DNA of 64,000 nucleotides from an uncultured Candidatus Entotheonella sp. (lineage in GTDB: Bacteria > Tectomicrobia > Entotheonellia > Entotheonellales > Entotheonellaceae): the NCBI GenBank assembly GCA_965215335.1, contig CBDCDA010000001.1, forward strand, positions 1,440,001-1,504,000. The letters are read 5' to 3'. A program made the translations under genes and the position numbers. The notes beneath the pieces were generated by a model that saw only the letters and a program-made list of their open reading frames with translations, had not been told where the DNA came from and made no database searches. Below are positions 1 through 9,319 of the stretch, piece after piece (the stretch's first letter is position 1; each line of letters opens with the position of its first letter).

Positions 1-705
1 CCGGCGTATTGGCCGGCACCGGCCGAGGTGTGTGTCACTGTCGTCCCTGTCGAGGTGGCGCCCGGCTTGCGGGTCGGCTACCTGCCGGGCACCGGTGACG
101 GTGTTGCGGAGGCGCTGAACGCGCTTGGCGTCAGCGTCACGACGGTTGATGAGGACAATCTGCAAAATGGGAATCTGGTAGGATTCGATACGATTGTCGT
201 CGGCGTGCGGGCCCTCGAAACGCGTCCTTCTCTGGCTGCGCACCGCCGGCGACTGTGGGACTACGCACGTGCCGGCGGCACGGTGGTGGTGCAGTACCAC
301 AAGCCGCGCGATGACGGCCCGGGCCGCTTCGTGCCCTTCGACGGCGTCAGCCTGCCGCGACCGGCCCCAAGGGTGAGCCAGGCTGCCGCTCCAGTCAGTC
401 TGCTGGCGCCGGACGACCCGCTCCTGAGCTTTCCGAATCGACTGGACGCCGAAGATTTCAGCGGCTGGCAACAGGAGCGCGGCCTCTATTTCCTGGCTGA
501 GTGGCCGTCGCAACTGACACCCTTGCTGGAAAGCGCCGATCCCGGCGAGCCGACCCGGCGCGGCGGCCTGTTGCACGCTCGGCTAGGCCGCGGCCACTAC
601 GTCTACTGCGCCTATGCGCTGTTCCGCCAGCTTCCGGCCGGCATTCCCGGCGCCTACCGCCTGCTGGCCAACCTCGTCAGCGTGCCGCGCACGCCCGGCG
701 CCTGA
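1..705 (+). CDS. C-terminal part of a LmbE/PIG-L family protein (class I glutamine-amidotransferase-like C-terminal domain), 5'-partial
   Basis: Frame open from base 1; motifs VGYLPGTGD, D-x-IVVGVRA, GGTVVVQY, DFSGWQQERGLYF and FRQLPAGIPGAYRLLANL typical of long LmbE-family proteins. Confidence 0.7.
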   Translation, partial: PAYWPAPAEVCVTVVPVEVAPGLRVGYLPGTGDGVAEALNALGVSVTTVDEDNLQNGNLVGFDTIVVGVRALETRPSLAAHRRRLWDYARAGGTVVVQYHKPRDDGPGRFVPFDGVSLPRPAPRVSQAAAPVSLLAPDDPLLSFPNRLDAEDFSGWQQERGLYFLAEWPSQLTPLLESADPGEPTRRGGLLHARLGRGHYVYCAYALFRQLPAGIPGAYRLLANLVSVPRTPGA

Positions 706-868
706 CGCGTCCCCAGAGTATTGCCGTATCTGATTGCGCGCCCCTTCTCCTTGTGCAAGCCGAACATCATCTGCAAACGCAGATGACTAGGGCGTGCGGG
801 TTGGGGGAACGCGGCGGCCGTGTGAAAGGGCACCATGCATGAACAGGAAACCAGCCTGACTGGACGGG

Positions 869-1714
869 CTATTTTGCATGGCAAGGGCTTTCAAGTGCGG
901 CCGGCAGATCGGCCAGACTTTCCAGGACCACCTTCGGCTTCTCGGCGGCGCCGGACTGTTCGGCTTCCGTCCGCGTAGACACCCCCGTCAGCACCAGCAC
1001 CGACAGGCACCCGAGTGCATTCGCCGTCGCGATATCCGTGTCCAACCGGTCCCCTACTACCGCCACGTCGCCCGCCGACACCCCCCAGGCCGCGGCGATC
1101 AGCGCCAGACCCGTTGGCTCCGGCTTGCCCATGACGAGCGGCGTGACGCCCGTGGAGGTGGTGAGCACCGCGACCAGGGCACCGCCGCCGGGGGTGGTCG
1201 TGGTGGGGCTGTCGGGAAACGTGGCGTCGAGATTGGTGGCGATGAACGTGGCGCCGTTACAGATGGCGTAATGGGCATGGGCGAGCTTCTCGTAGGTAAC
1301 GGTCAGGTCCAGGCCGGCCACAACGTGCGTGGCGCCTTCGTGGGTCGGCACGACCGCGACCCCGGCTTCCTCCATCTCGCGCCGCATGCCCGCGGTGCCG
1401 ACCAGGAACACCCGCGCGCCCGGAGCGTGGCGCGACAGGTACAACGCCGCGATGTAGGCCGAGCCCCACACGTCGTCCGCCGCGCAGGCGAAGCCCAGCC
1501 GCGACAGGCGGACTGCCAGTTCCTCGCGGTGACGGCTGGCGTTGTTGGTGAGAAAGGCGACACGCGCACCCCGCGCCCGCAGCGTGTTGAGCGCGTCAAT
1601 CGCCCCCGGCAGCGGGTGATCGCCCCGGTAGAGAACGCCGTCCATGTCCAGGACCACATGCTGAATCACCGTCCGTCGAATCTCCGTTGCTCGGGTTCCG
1701 TGTTCGTTCATCAT
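869..1714 (-). CDS. HAD-IIA (NagD-like) phosphatase
   Basis: DMDGVLY, LTNN, GKP and GDRLDTDI motifs; start chosen at ATG 1714 (GTG 1669 is an alternative). Confidence 0.9.
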   Translation of the reverse strand: MMNEHGTRATEIRRTVIQHVVLDMDGVLYRGDHPLPGAIDALNTLRARGARVAFLTNNASRHREELAVRLSRLGFACAADDVWGSAYIAALYLSRHAPGARVFLVGTAGMRREMEEAGVAVVPTHEGATHVVAGLDLTVTYEKLAHAHYAICNGATFIATNLDATFPDSPTTTTPGGGALVAVLTTSTGVTPLVMGKPEPTGLALIAAAWGVSAGDVAVVGDRLDTDIATANALGCLSVLVLTGVSTRTEAEQSGAAEKPKVVLESLADLPAALESPCHAK

Positions 1715-1861
1715 TGCCAGGCCGCCATGTTGACGAGGGGTGTCAGGCGTGTCAAGGCGGCCTGCTTCGTGTCGGACGGCATCATCTGTGTGGCGACGGC
1801 AGCCCACCGGCTCACCTGTGGGCTGCGCCCTTGTTCCGCCGATTCCCCCTCTGTTCCTCTC

Positions 1862-1890
1862 TTGACCTGCACAGGCCGTTCATCCAGAAT
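1862..1890 (+). promoter_or_regulatory. Putative sigma70 promoter of the grd cluster
   Basis: TTGACC-17 bp-CAGAAT upstream of the GAGGAGG RBS and ATG 1945. Confidence 0.4.
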
Positions 1891-1944
1891 GCTGCCACGT
1901 TGGCCGTTGGATTCATGGGTTGAACAGTCGAGGAGGGTGAAAGC

Positions 1945-3294
1945 ATGGACAGCCCGCTGCGCGTGGTGCATTACGTGAATCAGTTCTTTGGCGGTATTGG
2001 CGGCGAGGAGGCGGCGAACGTCGGGATGTTGCTCGAAGACGCGCCCGTGGGTGCGGGCCGGGCGCTGCAGCAGGTGCTGGGCGACGCAGGCAGCGTGGTG
2101 GGCATGCTGATATGCGGCGACAACTACTTCAACGAGCGGGAAGCGGAGGCCGTGGCCGCCATCCGGGAGCATCTGGAGGCGCTCGAGCCGGATGTCCTGG
2201 TGGCGGGGCCGGCGTTCGGCTCCGGGCGCTACGGGCTGGCCTGCGCCGAGGTTTGCAAGACGGCACAGGCGCTGGGCATCCGGGCCGTCAGCGCTATGCA
2301 CCCGGACAATCCGGGGGCGCTGAGTGGCTGGCCGTACGTCGTCATGGTGCCGACCGGCGAAACGTCCGCCGACATGCCGCAGGCGCTGGCCGCCATGGTG
2401 CGGCTGGCGGGCAAGCTGGGCCGCGGCGAGGCGCTCGGGCCGGCAGAGATTGACGGCTACATGCCGCGCGGCGTGCGGCGCGTGCACGACCGTCAGCGCC
2501 CCGGCTACCAGCGCGCCCTCGACATGCTGATGGCCAAGCTCAAAGACCGGCCGTTCGTCACCGAGGTGCCCATCCACGCGCCGGAAAAGGTCGTGCCCGC
2601 CGCGCCCATCGCCGATTTGTCGGGGGCCGCCATCGCCATGGTCACCACCGGCGGCCTGGTGCGCAAGGGCAACCCGGACAAGCAGGTCGCCGCCAACGCC
2701 AGCCGCTATTACCGCCACTCGATCGCCGAATTGCAAAGCCTCTCCGGCACCGACTGGGAAGCCTATCACGCCGGCTATTTCAACCACATCGTCAACGCCA
2801 ACCCCAATTACATCCTGCCCCTCAATTTCCTGCGCGACCTGGAAGCCGATGGGCACATCGGCGGCGTCTTCAGTTCCATCTACGCGTTGCCAGGGGTCAG
2901 TACACCGGTCGCCATGTCGCGCGAATTGGGCCGCAGCATCGCCCAGGACCTTGCCAACAGCGGGGTCGACGGCTGCCTCCTGGTGGCCACGTGAGGCACC
3001 TGCAATCGTTGCGGTGCAACGATCGCCAAGGAAATCGAGCGCGCCGGCATTCCCGTCGGCATGATCTCCGCCATCTATGACCTCGCCCTCACCACCGGCG
3101 CCGTCCGCGTCGTTCGCGGCGCGCGCATCGAGCACGTGTGCGGCGACCCGAATCTCGGTCCCGAGAAGGATTACGCCTACGGCATGCGCATCGTGCGTAC
3201 CGCCCTCGACGCCATCTGCACGCCGGTGCCCGGCCCGACGCTGTTCGACCCGCTGGAAATGACCCCGGAGCAGGAGGTGGCGCATGCGTCTTGA
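1945..3294 (+). CDS. grdB: Glycine/sarcosine/betaine reductase selenoprotein B (Sec at codon 350, TGA 2992-2994)
   Basis: N-terminal VVHYVNQFFGGIGGEE. The frame continues past TGA as VAT-U-GTCNRCGATIAKEIERAGIPV, matching the GrdB U-x-x-C-x-x-C motif; this joins ORFs 1945..2994 and 3061..3294. Confidence 0.93.
3002..3026 (+). promoter_or_regulatory. Bacterial SECIS element
   Basis: Perfect 8-bp stem ATCGTTGC (3005-3012)/GCAACGAT (3016-3023) with a GGT apical loop starting 19 nt after the UGA. Confidence 0.8.
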
Positions 3295-4573
3295 GATGGG
3301 CACCTTCCCCGTTGAGCGCATCACCTTCGGCCCCGAAACTCGCTATGCGGACGGCCGCCTGCAGGTCGACAGGGAGGCCATCATCGAGGCCGTGCACGCC
3401 GACCCTCGCATCGCCAGTGTCGATCTCGACGTCGCCTATCCCGGTGAGTCCACCCGCATCTGGCCGGTGCGCGACGTCATTGAGCCGCGCATCAAGGCGG
3501 AAGGCCCCGGCGTCATCTACCCCGGCGCCGCTGGTCGATCCATCACCACGGTGGGCGAAGGCCGCACGCACCGTCTCTCCGGCATGGGCATCACCGAGGT
3601 GTCGAGCGTCAACTGGCACGACGCTGGCGGCGACTTCGTGGAGGTCTACCTCGACCTGTCCGGCCGGTGGGCTGATCTCATCCCGTTGAGCCGACTCATC
3701 CACCTGTGCGTGGTCGTCGAGCCCGATCCTGGCCTCGGCAACGAGGCCCAGAACGACGCCGTGCACAAGGCGGCCCTGGTAGTCAACGATCAGGTTGCTG
3801 CGGCGACACGCCACCTCGCCCCGCCGCAGCAGGAAGTGTTCGAACTGCGCGAGGTCGATCCCGGTCTCCCCAGGGTGATATACATCTGGTGCGTGCACTC
3901 GCCGCAGGCCATGTCCGGCTCGCCCACGGCGTTCTGCACCACCACTTACGGCCTCACCCAGCTGACGCCGCCGTGGTTCCTGCACCCCAACGAAATCCTC
4001 GACGGCGCCCTCACCGGCCCGTACCGCACGGCGTTTGCCATGTCGTGGACGGTGGCCAACAATCCTCTGCTGCTCGACCTGTATCGCCGCCACGGCGTGG
4101 ATTGGAATTTCCTCGGCGTCATCGCGCTGCGCACCGAATGGACTACGCAGCACGAAAAGCAGCTGATGGCCAACCAGACGGCGAAACTGGCGAAGCTGCT
4201 GGGCGCGCAGGGCGCCATGGTCACCTGGGACGCCGGCGGCAACGAGTTCATCGAGGTCGTCCGCACCATCCAGGCGTGCGAGCACCTGGGCATCAAGACC
4301 GTCTTCCTGACCAGCGAAGACGACGCCACCGAGGCTGCTCCGACCATGCTGGAACCGCTGCCGGAGGCCAACGCCATCGTCAGCACCAGCTTTTTCAAGA
4401 CGCGCACGCTGGAGGTCCCGGACCTGCCGCCGGTGGAGCGGGTCATTGGCCTGCAGCACAAGGACATCGGCCCCCTGCGCGACCGGCGCGTGCCGGCCGC
4501 CGGGCAATTGCCGCCGCCGCCACGCCACGATGACCACTACGGCTTTACCAGCATGAGCTGCATCGAGTATTGA
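3284..4573 (+). CDS. Glycine/sarcosine/betaine reductase component B alpha/beta subunit (GrdE/GrdG/GrdI family)
   Basis: MRLEMG start, PGESTRIWPVRDVIEPRIK, TVGEGRTHRLSG, HPNEILDGAL, NNPLLLDLY; overlaps the grdB end. Confidence 0.85.
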   Translation: MRLEMGTFPVERITFGPETRYADGRLQVDREAIIEAVHADPRIASVDLDVAYPGESTRIWPVRDVIEPRIKAEGPGVIYPGAAGRSITTVGEGRTHRLSGMGITEVSSVNWHDAGGDFVEVYLDLSGRWADLIPLSRLIHLCVVVEPDPGLGNEAQNDAVHKAALVVNDQVAAATRHLAPPQQEVFELREVDPGLPRVIYIWCVHSPQAMSGSPTAFCTTTYGLTQLTPPWFLHPNEILDGALTGPYRTAFAMSWTVANNPLLLDLYRRHGVDWNFLGVIALRTEWTTQHEKQLMANQTAKLAKLLGAQGAMVTWDAGGNEFIEVVRTIQACEHLGIKTVFLTSEDDATEAAPTMLEPLPEANAIVSTSFFKTRTLEVPDLPPVERVIGLQHKDIGPLRDRRVPAAGQLPPPPRHDDHYGFTSMSCIEY

Positions 4574-4588
4574 CGATTGCCGATTCGG

Positions 4589-4614
4589 GATTGTGGATTG
4601 AAAAATCCACAATC
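4589..4614. repeat. Perfect 11-bp hairpin with GAAA tetraloop within degenerate GATTGNN heptamer repeats
   Basis: GATTGTGGATT-GAAA-AATCCACAATC. Confidence 0.75.
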
Positions 4615-4653
4615 AACAACCCGGGATCAGCAATCAGCCGAGGAGGAACCCGC

Positions 4654-6102
4654 ATGCAGCAGACGACAGCGCAGCCGGTCATCCGGGGGGTGCGATTTTT
4701 TCTGGCCCACACCCCCGGGCTGGTACGCTACGGCTCCAAGCCCAGCCGCGACATTGCCCGCGACGCGGCGGTGGCCGACACCCTGAACGCCCACCTGCGC
4801 GGCTATGCCGACGCCATGGCCTATCCGCCCAACCGGGCCTTCCTCGGCGCCATCCACCCGGACGCCCTCGGCAGCCTGTCGACGCCGTGGTTCCGGCACA
4901 CGGGTTGCGGCGAGCGGTGGGGGCCGCACGGCGAGATCATGCCGGAGGCGGAGTTCTACGGCTGGCTGAAAATCGCCGACGCCTTCGATCTGGTCAGCCT
5001 GGAAGCCGGTTTCGTCGAGTCCGTCCGCCCGCTGCTGGCCGCCCATCCGCTGTGCACGCCGGCGGACCTCGAACAACTGGGAACGGGCGTTTCGCAAGGC
5101 GCGCTCGAAACCCGGCTGACGGGTGACATGCCTGCCCTGTCGCTTTTCCTGCGTGACGGCACCCGCATCGGCTGCTTCCACGCCGCGCACGAGGTGGACG
5201 CCTCGCTCGCCGCCGATGTGCTGATCGAAAACCTGACCTGCAAGACGACCGCCGTCCTGGCCATGCGCACGTTGTTGGCCCAGGAGCACGTCGACCCGCT
5301 GGCCATCCCCTACGTGCTTAACAGCGGCGAGGAAGCAGTGGGCGACCGCTACCAGCGCGGCGGCGGCAACCTGGCCAAGGCGGTGGCCGAAATGGCCGGT
5401 TGCCAGGCGGCAACCGGCGTCGATATCAAGGGGTTCTGCTGCGGCCCGCTGCACGCCCTGGCCGTCGCCGGCGGTCTGGTCAGCGCCCGCGTGTTTCCGC
5501 ACGTCGTCGTGGTCGGCGGTTGCGCCCTGTCTAAATTGGGCATGAAGTACCGTGGTCACATGCAGCACGACCAGCCCATCCTGGAGGACGTGCTGGCGGC
5601 AGTGGCCATTCTGGTCAGCGGTGACGACGGCGCCTCGCCCAGGCTCCGCCTGGACGCCCTGGGCCGCCACACCGTGGCCGCCGGACCATCGCAGAAGGCC
5701 ATTTTCGAGCAGCTCGTCAGCGAGCCTCTGCAACGCTTGGGCCTGGGCTTCGGCGAGGTCGACAAGTACGCCACCGAGCTGCACAACCCGGAGGTCACCG
5801 AACCGGCGGGCAGCGGCAACGTGCCGCTCCTCAACTACCGCATCATCGCGGGCCTAGCGGCCATGGGCAAGCAAATCACTCCCGCGCAGATGCCGGATTT
5901 CGTCGCCGCGCACGGCATGCCCGGTTTTTCACCCACCCAGGGGCACATCGCCTCGGCGGTGCCCTTCCTCGGTCATGCCGTGGACGGCCTGCGCGGCGGC
6001 GCCCTGCAGCGCGTGCTGCTGCTCGCCAAGGGCAGCCTGTTCCTCGGCCGCATGACGCAGATGGCCGACGGCGTGTCATTGCTTCTGGAGCGCAACGGTT
6101 AG
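4654..6102 (+). CDS. grdC: Glycine/sarcosine/betaine reductase component C beta subunit
   Basis: AGGAGG RBS; YPPN, EEAVGDRYQRGGGNLAKAVAE, GFCCGP, ELHNPEVTEPAGSGNVP, PGFSPTQGHI, KGSLFLGRMT motifs. Confidence 0.88.
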   Translation: MQQTTAQPVIRGVRFFLAHTPGLVRYGSKPSRDIARDAAVADTLNAHLRGYADAMAYPPNRAFLGAIHPDALGSLSTPWFRHTGCGERWGPHGEIMPEAEFYGWLKIADAFDLVSLEAGFVESVRPLLAAHPLCTPADLEQLGTGVSQGALETRLTGDMPALSLFLRDGTRIGCFHAAHEVDASLAADVLIENLTCKTTAVLAMRTLLAQEHVDPLAIPYVLNSGEEAVGDRYQRGGGNLAKAVAEMAGCQAATGVDIKGFCCGPLHALAVAGGLVSARVFPHVVVVGGCALSKLGMKYRGHMQHDQPILEDVLAAVAILVSGDDGASPRLRLDALGRHTVAAGPSQKAIFEQLVSEPLQRLGLGFGEVDKYATELHNPEVTEPAGSGNVPLLNYRIIAGLAAMGKQITPAQMPDFVAAHGMPGFSPTQGHIASAVPFLGHAVDGLRGGALQRVLLLAKGSLFLGRMTQMADGVSLLLERNG

Positions 6103-6131
6103 GGGGTGTCGAGAGGCCGGAATCGTCCAGG

Positions 6132-6178
6132 TGTATGGTTCCGGGATTAGGTGGCAAGTGTCCTGAATGAAATTCGTT
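6132..6178 (-). mobile_element. Solo terminal remnant of an IS481-family element
   Basis: TGTATGGTTCCGGGATTAG closely matches the IS end at 7239-7258; the minus strand reads FIQDTCHLIPEPYT, similar to the transposase C-terminus FKINPYHLIPGP. Confidence 0.55.
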
Positions 6179-6255
6179 GTTCAACAAGCCGTCGTGCCAT
6201 AGGAGTTGCATCAGCAGGCGGGAAGTTGGCTGCTGCCATTGCGGCTTTCGCCTTT

Positions 6256-6290
6256 ACTAACCACTAACCACTAACCACTAACCACTAACC
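6256..6290. repeat. Tandem heptamer repeat (ACTAACC)x5
   Basis: Five exact copies followed by a degenerate ACCGGCC, just past the SDR stop codon. Confidence 0.95.
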
Positions 6291-6300
6291 ACCGGCCACG

Positions 6301-7074
6301 TTACTGCGCGGTCATACCGCCGTCGATGACCAGCTCGGTGCCAGTGACGTAGCGCGACTCGTTCGAGGCCAGGTACAGCATACCGTAGGCGATGTCGTCG
6401 GCGTTGCCTAGGCGGCCGATGGGGGTGCGGTCCAGGCACCATTGGCGTCGTCCGACTTCGTTGGTATAGCCGTCGTCGGTGAGCGGCGTGTGGCAGAAGC
6501 CGGGGTGAATCGAGTTGACCCGGATGTTGTCCGCCGCGCACTGGATGGCCGCTGTCTTGGTGAACGTTCGGATGGCGCCCTTGGCGGCGTGGTAGGCGGT
6601 GGAATACGGGCTGCCGACGATCCCGTAGATGGACGACACGTTGATGATCGAGCCGCCGTCGGCCTTGCGCATTTCCGGGATGGCAAATTTCGTACCCAGG
6701 AAGACACCCTTGGCGTGCACGTCCATCTGGCCGTCCCAGATAGCCACGGTGGTTTCCTCCACCCGTTTGCGCGCCGCGGTGCCGGCGTTGTTGACCATGA
6801 CGTTCAGGCCGCCGAAGCGCGCTACCGCGGTCTGTACGGCCTCCTGCCAATCTTCCTCCTTGGTGACGTCCAGCCGCACGAACAGGGCGTCGCCGCCGGC
6901 CGCCTGGATCTGCTCCGTGGTCCGTTGCCCCTTGTCCTCCAGGATGTCGGTGAGAACGACCTTGGCGCCGTGCTGCGCAAACAGCCGCGCCGCGGCGCCG
7001 CCGAATCCCATGATCTCGCCTTCCATGCCAGCCGCCGCCCCGGTAATCAGGGCCACCTTCCCTGCCAATCGCAT
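6301..7074 (-). CDS. Short-chain dehydrogenase/reductase (glucose 1-dehydrogenase/cyclopentanol dehydrogenase-like)
   Basis: TGAAAG...GFG glycine motif with insert, NNAG, YHAAK catalytic motif, DGG tail; AAGGAGG RBS. Confidence 0.9.
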   Translation of the reverse strand: MRLAGKVALITGAAAGMEGEIMGFGGAAARLFAQHGAKVVLTDILEDKGQRTTEQIQAAGGDALFVRLDVTKEEDWQEAVQTAVARFGGLNVMVNNAGTAARKRVEETTVAIWDGQMDVHAKGVFLGTKFAIPEMRKADGGSIINVSSIYGIVGSPYSTAYHAAKGAIRTFTKTAAIQCAADNIRVNSIHPGFCHTPLTDDGYTNEVGRRQWCLDRTPIGRLGNADDIAYGMLYLASNESRYVTGTELVIDGGMTAQ

Positions 7075-7156
7075 CGCGTTTTCCTCCTTGCCAATATCTG
7101 TATCGTTACGCCAGCGAAGCCCGTCCCGGCGTCGTTCCGGCGGCAACCAGCGCCAG

Positions 7157-7184
7157 TGGATGTCGGGTCAAGTCCGGCATGACG
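7157..7184 (-). repeat. CGTC-type REP-like palindrome
   Basis: Minus strand CGTCATGCCGGACTTGACCCGACATCCA, an imperfect hairpin with a CGTC tetranucleotide end. Confidence 0.55.
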
Positions 7185-7238
7185 TGCGGGCGCGACTGAT
7201 TACAGCGTGACGAGTTTTGCCTCTTTTGCCTTTACTAG

Positions 7239-8257
7239 TGTTATGGTCCCGGGATTAGATGATATGGATTGATTTTGAATCTTTGCGGCTCCGATGTCCA
7301 GACCTTGCAGATGTATTCGTAGGGTGTAAGGCCCCGGAGGGTCTTGAGACGCCGCGCGAAGTTGTAGACCGACAGAAAATCATCCAGGTGGCTGCGTAGT
7401 CGGGCATGACTCTCGTCGTGGAAACGCTTGACGGTGGCCTCCTCGACCGTGCGGTTCAGGCGCTCGGCCTGAGCGTTGGTCCACGGATGGTTGGGCTGTG
7501 TCAGACGGTGCTCGATCCCATGTCGCCGACACGCCCGCTCGAACAGGTGACCGCGCAAGCGCGCCGTGGCGCCGCCTCGGTTCCTGGCAAGATCGGCAAA
7601 CTCGATGCCATCGTCGGTCGGCACCGTATGGACCTGGCAGGGCACGGCTGCAACCAGGTCGTCCAGGAATGCTGCCGCCGCTTTCGTGTTGGCGCGTTCC
7701 ACCAGCCTGGCGAAGGCGAACGTCGAGGTCCGGTCGATGGCGATGAACCGATGGAGTTTGCCCTCGGCGGTGCGCAGTTCGGCGATGTCGACATGGAAAT
7801 AGCCGATGGGGATAGCGCCTGAAGCGCTTCCTTTCGGGTTTGTCGCCCCTCTCTTGCGGCAGGCGGCTGATGTCATGACGCCTCAGGCAGCGATGGCGTG
7901 ACGAACGGGTGATGTGCGGGAGGGTCGGTTTGAGCGCATGGAGGCAGTCGTCGAGTGGCAGCAGGGTGTGGCGGCGGAAGGCTATGATGAGGGCTTCCTC
8001 GTCCTCGCCAAGAAGTGTCGAGCGCGGTTGTCTGGGTCCTGCCTTGTGGTCTTCGACGGTGTTTCGCTTTCGCCATTTTCGGACGGTCTTGGGGTTGATG
8101 CCATAGGTTTGGCTCAGTTCCTTGAGCGCAGCTTTCGATCGCTGCATGGCTTTTCTGACGGCGTGCGTGGTCGTGGCGCCGCCGTGAAGCACCTGTCCCA
8201 TAGTGCCTCCTTCGATTGCACGGAAAGGATCGTACCATCAGTCCCTGGGACTGTACA
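7239..8257 (-). mobile_element. IS481-family insertion sequence
   Basis: TGT...ACA termini with imperfect inverted repeats (TGTTATGGTCCCGGGATTAGATG vs reverse complement TGTACAGTCCCAGGGACTGATG); CTAG at 7235-7238 and 8259-8262; transposase inside. Confidence 0.8.
7241..8201 (-). pseudogene. IS481-family transposase, frameshifted
   Basis: N-terminus MGQVLHGGATTT..INPKTVRKWRKR and C-terminus IGYFHVDIAELRTAEGK..HPWTNAQAERLNRT lie in different frames; extra base in the GGGG run at 7808-7811; TDNG changed to TDDG. Confidence 0.88.
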
Positions 8258-8442
8258 CCTAGCCGCTGACCATTCACCCCTTGGTCACTGCCTTGACAGT
8301 ATAGGGAGGTAGCGGCAGGGCGCCAAATCGTCCGGGCACGGCGACTTTCTGGTGTCGCTACAGGCTTTGGTGTATATAGAGCGTGCCGCAAGCGGCGACG
8401 GCAGCGACAGCATCGGGGCATGACGCCGTACGACTTCGCCAG

Positions 8443-8473
8443 TGTCGGATTACGCAGCGTTAATCCGACCTGC
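8443..8473 (-). repeat. GTAG-type REP-like palindrome
   Basis: Minus strand GCAGGTCGGATTAACGCTGCGTAATCCGACA; GTCGGATTA (8444-8452) pairs with TAATCCGAC (8461-8469). Confidence 0.6.
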
Positions 8474-8487
8474 TGACAGGAGGAGAT

Positions 8488-9237
8488 ATGAGCAGGCTGG
8501 AGGGAAAAGTAGCAATTATCAGCGGCGGCGCGCGCGGGCAGGGCCAAGTGGAAGCCAGACTCTTCGCAACGGAAGGTGCCAAGGTGGTATTTGGCGACGT
8601 ATTGGACGAGCAGGGCAAACAGGTCGAGGCGGCCATTCGCCAGGCCGGTGGCGAGGCAACCTACGTGCACCTCGACGTGACCCAGGAGGCGGATTGGCAG
8701 CAGGCCGTGGCCATCGCGGTGTCGACGTACGGCAAGCTGGACATCCTGGTGAACAACGCCGGTATTCTGCGGCGTGACGGCATCGAGGAGACGACCAAGG
8801 AGCTATGGGACACGGTGTTGGCGGTGAACGCGACCGGCGTATTTCTGGGCACCAAGCACGCCATTCCGGAGATGCGCAAGGCGAGCGGCGGATCGATCGT
8901 CAACATCTCGTCGATTTCCGGCATGGTGGCCCTCGGTGGGCCGGCCTACAACGCCTCCAAGGGCGCCGTGCGGGTGTTTACGAAGGTGACGGCCGTGCGT
9001 CATGCCGAGGACAACATTCGTTGCAACTCCATCCATCCAGGGCCGGTGCGCACCCCCATGACCGAGGGCACGTATGCCGATCCGGAGATGCTGGCGCGGC
9101 GCTTGCGCGACATGCCCTTGGGCCGCTTGGGCACGTCGGAGGACATTGCATACGGGGTGTTGTATCTGGCGTCCGACGAGGCCGCCTACGTAACGGGAGC
9201 GGAGTTGGTCATCGACGGGGGATATACGGCGCAGTAA
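8488..9237 (+). CDS. Short-chain dehydrogenase/reductase (3-alpha,20-beta-HSD-like)
   Basis: SGGARGQG, NNAG, YNASK, DGG motifs; AGGAGG RBS. Confidence 0.92.
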   Translation: MSRLEGKVAIISGGARGQGQVEARLFATEGAKVVFGDVLDEQGKQVEAAIRQAGGEATYVHLDVTQEADWQQAVAIAVSTYGKLDILVNNAGILRRDGIEETTKELWDTVLAVNATGVFLGTKHAIPEMRKASGGSIVNISSISGMVALGGPAYNASKGAVRVFTKVTAVRHAEDNIRCNSIHPGPVRTPMTEGTYADPEMLARRLRDMPLGRLGTSEDIAYGVLYLASDEAAYVTGAELVIDGGYTAQ

Positions 9238-9319
9238 GAGTCTGGCCCAAAATAATTTAAGTGATTTCAGCCAGTCGTGGTTCACTGAGTGTCTCCAAAC
9301 AGTCAGCCAGGCACAACGA

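Noticed and set aside
767..786. Perfect hairpin TCATCTGC-AAAC-GCAGATGA between convergent genes
   Set aside because: No U-tract on either strand and a single copy; function cannot be assigned
2992..2994. grdB as a nonsense pseudogene or two separate genes
   Set aside because: The TGA sits exactly at the family Sec position with a SECIS hairpin and an uninterrupted downstream frame
6256..6297. Short repeats as a CRISPR array
   Set aside because: Contiguous 7-mers without spacers; no cas genes; no repeat-spacer array seen anywhere in the window
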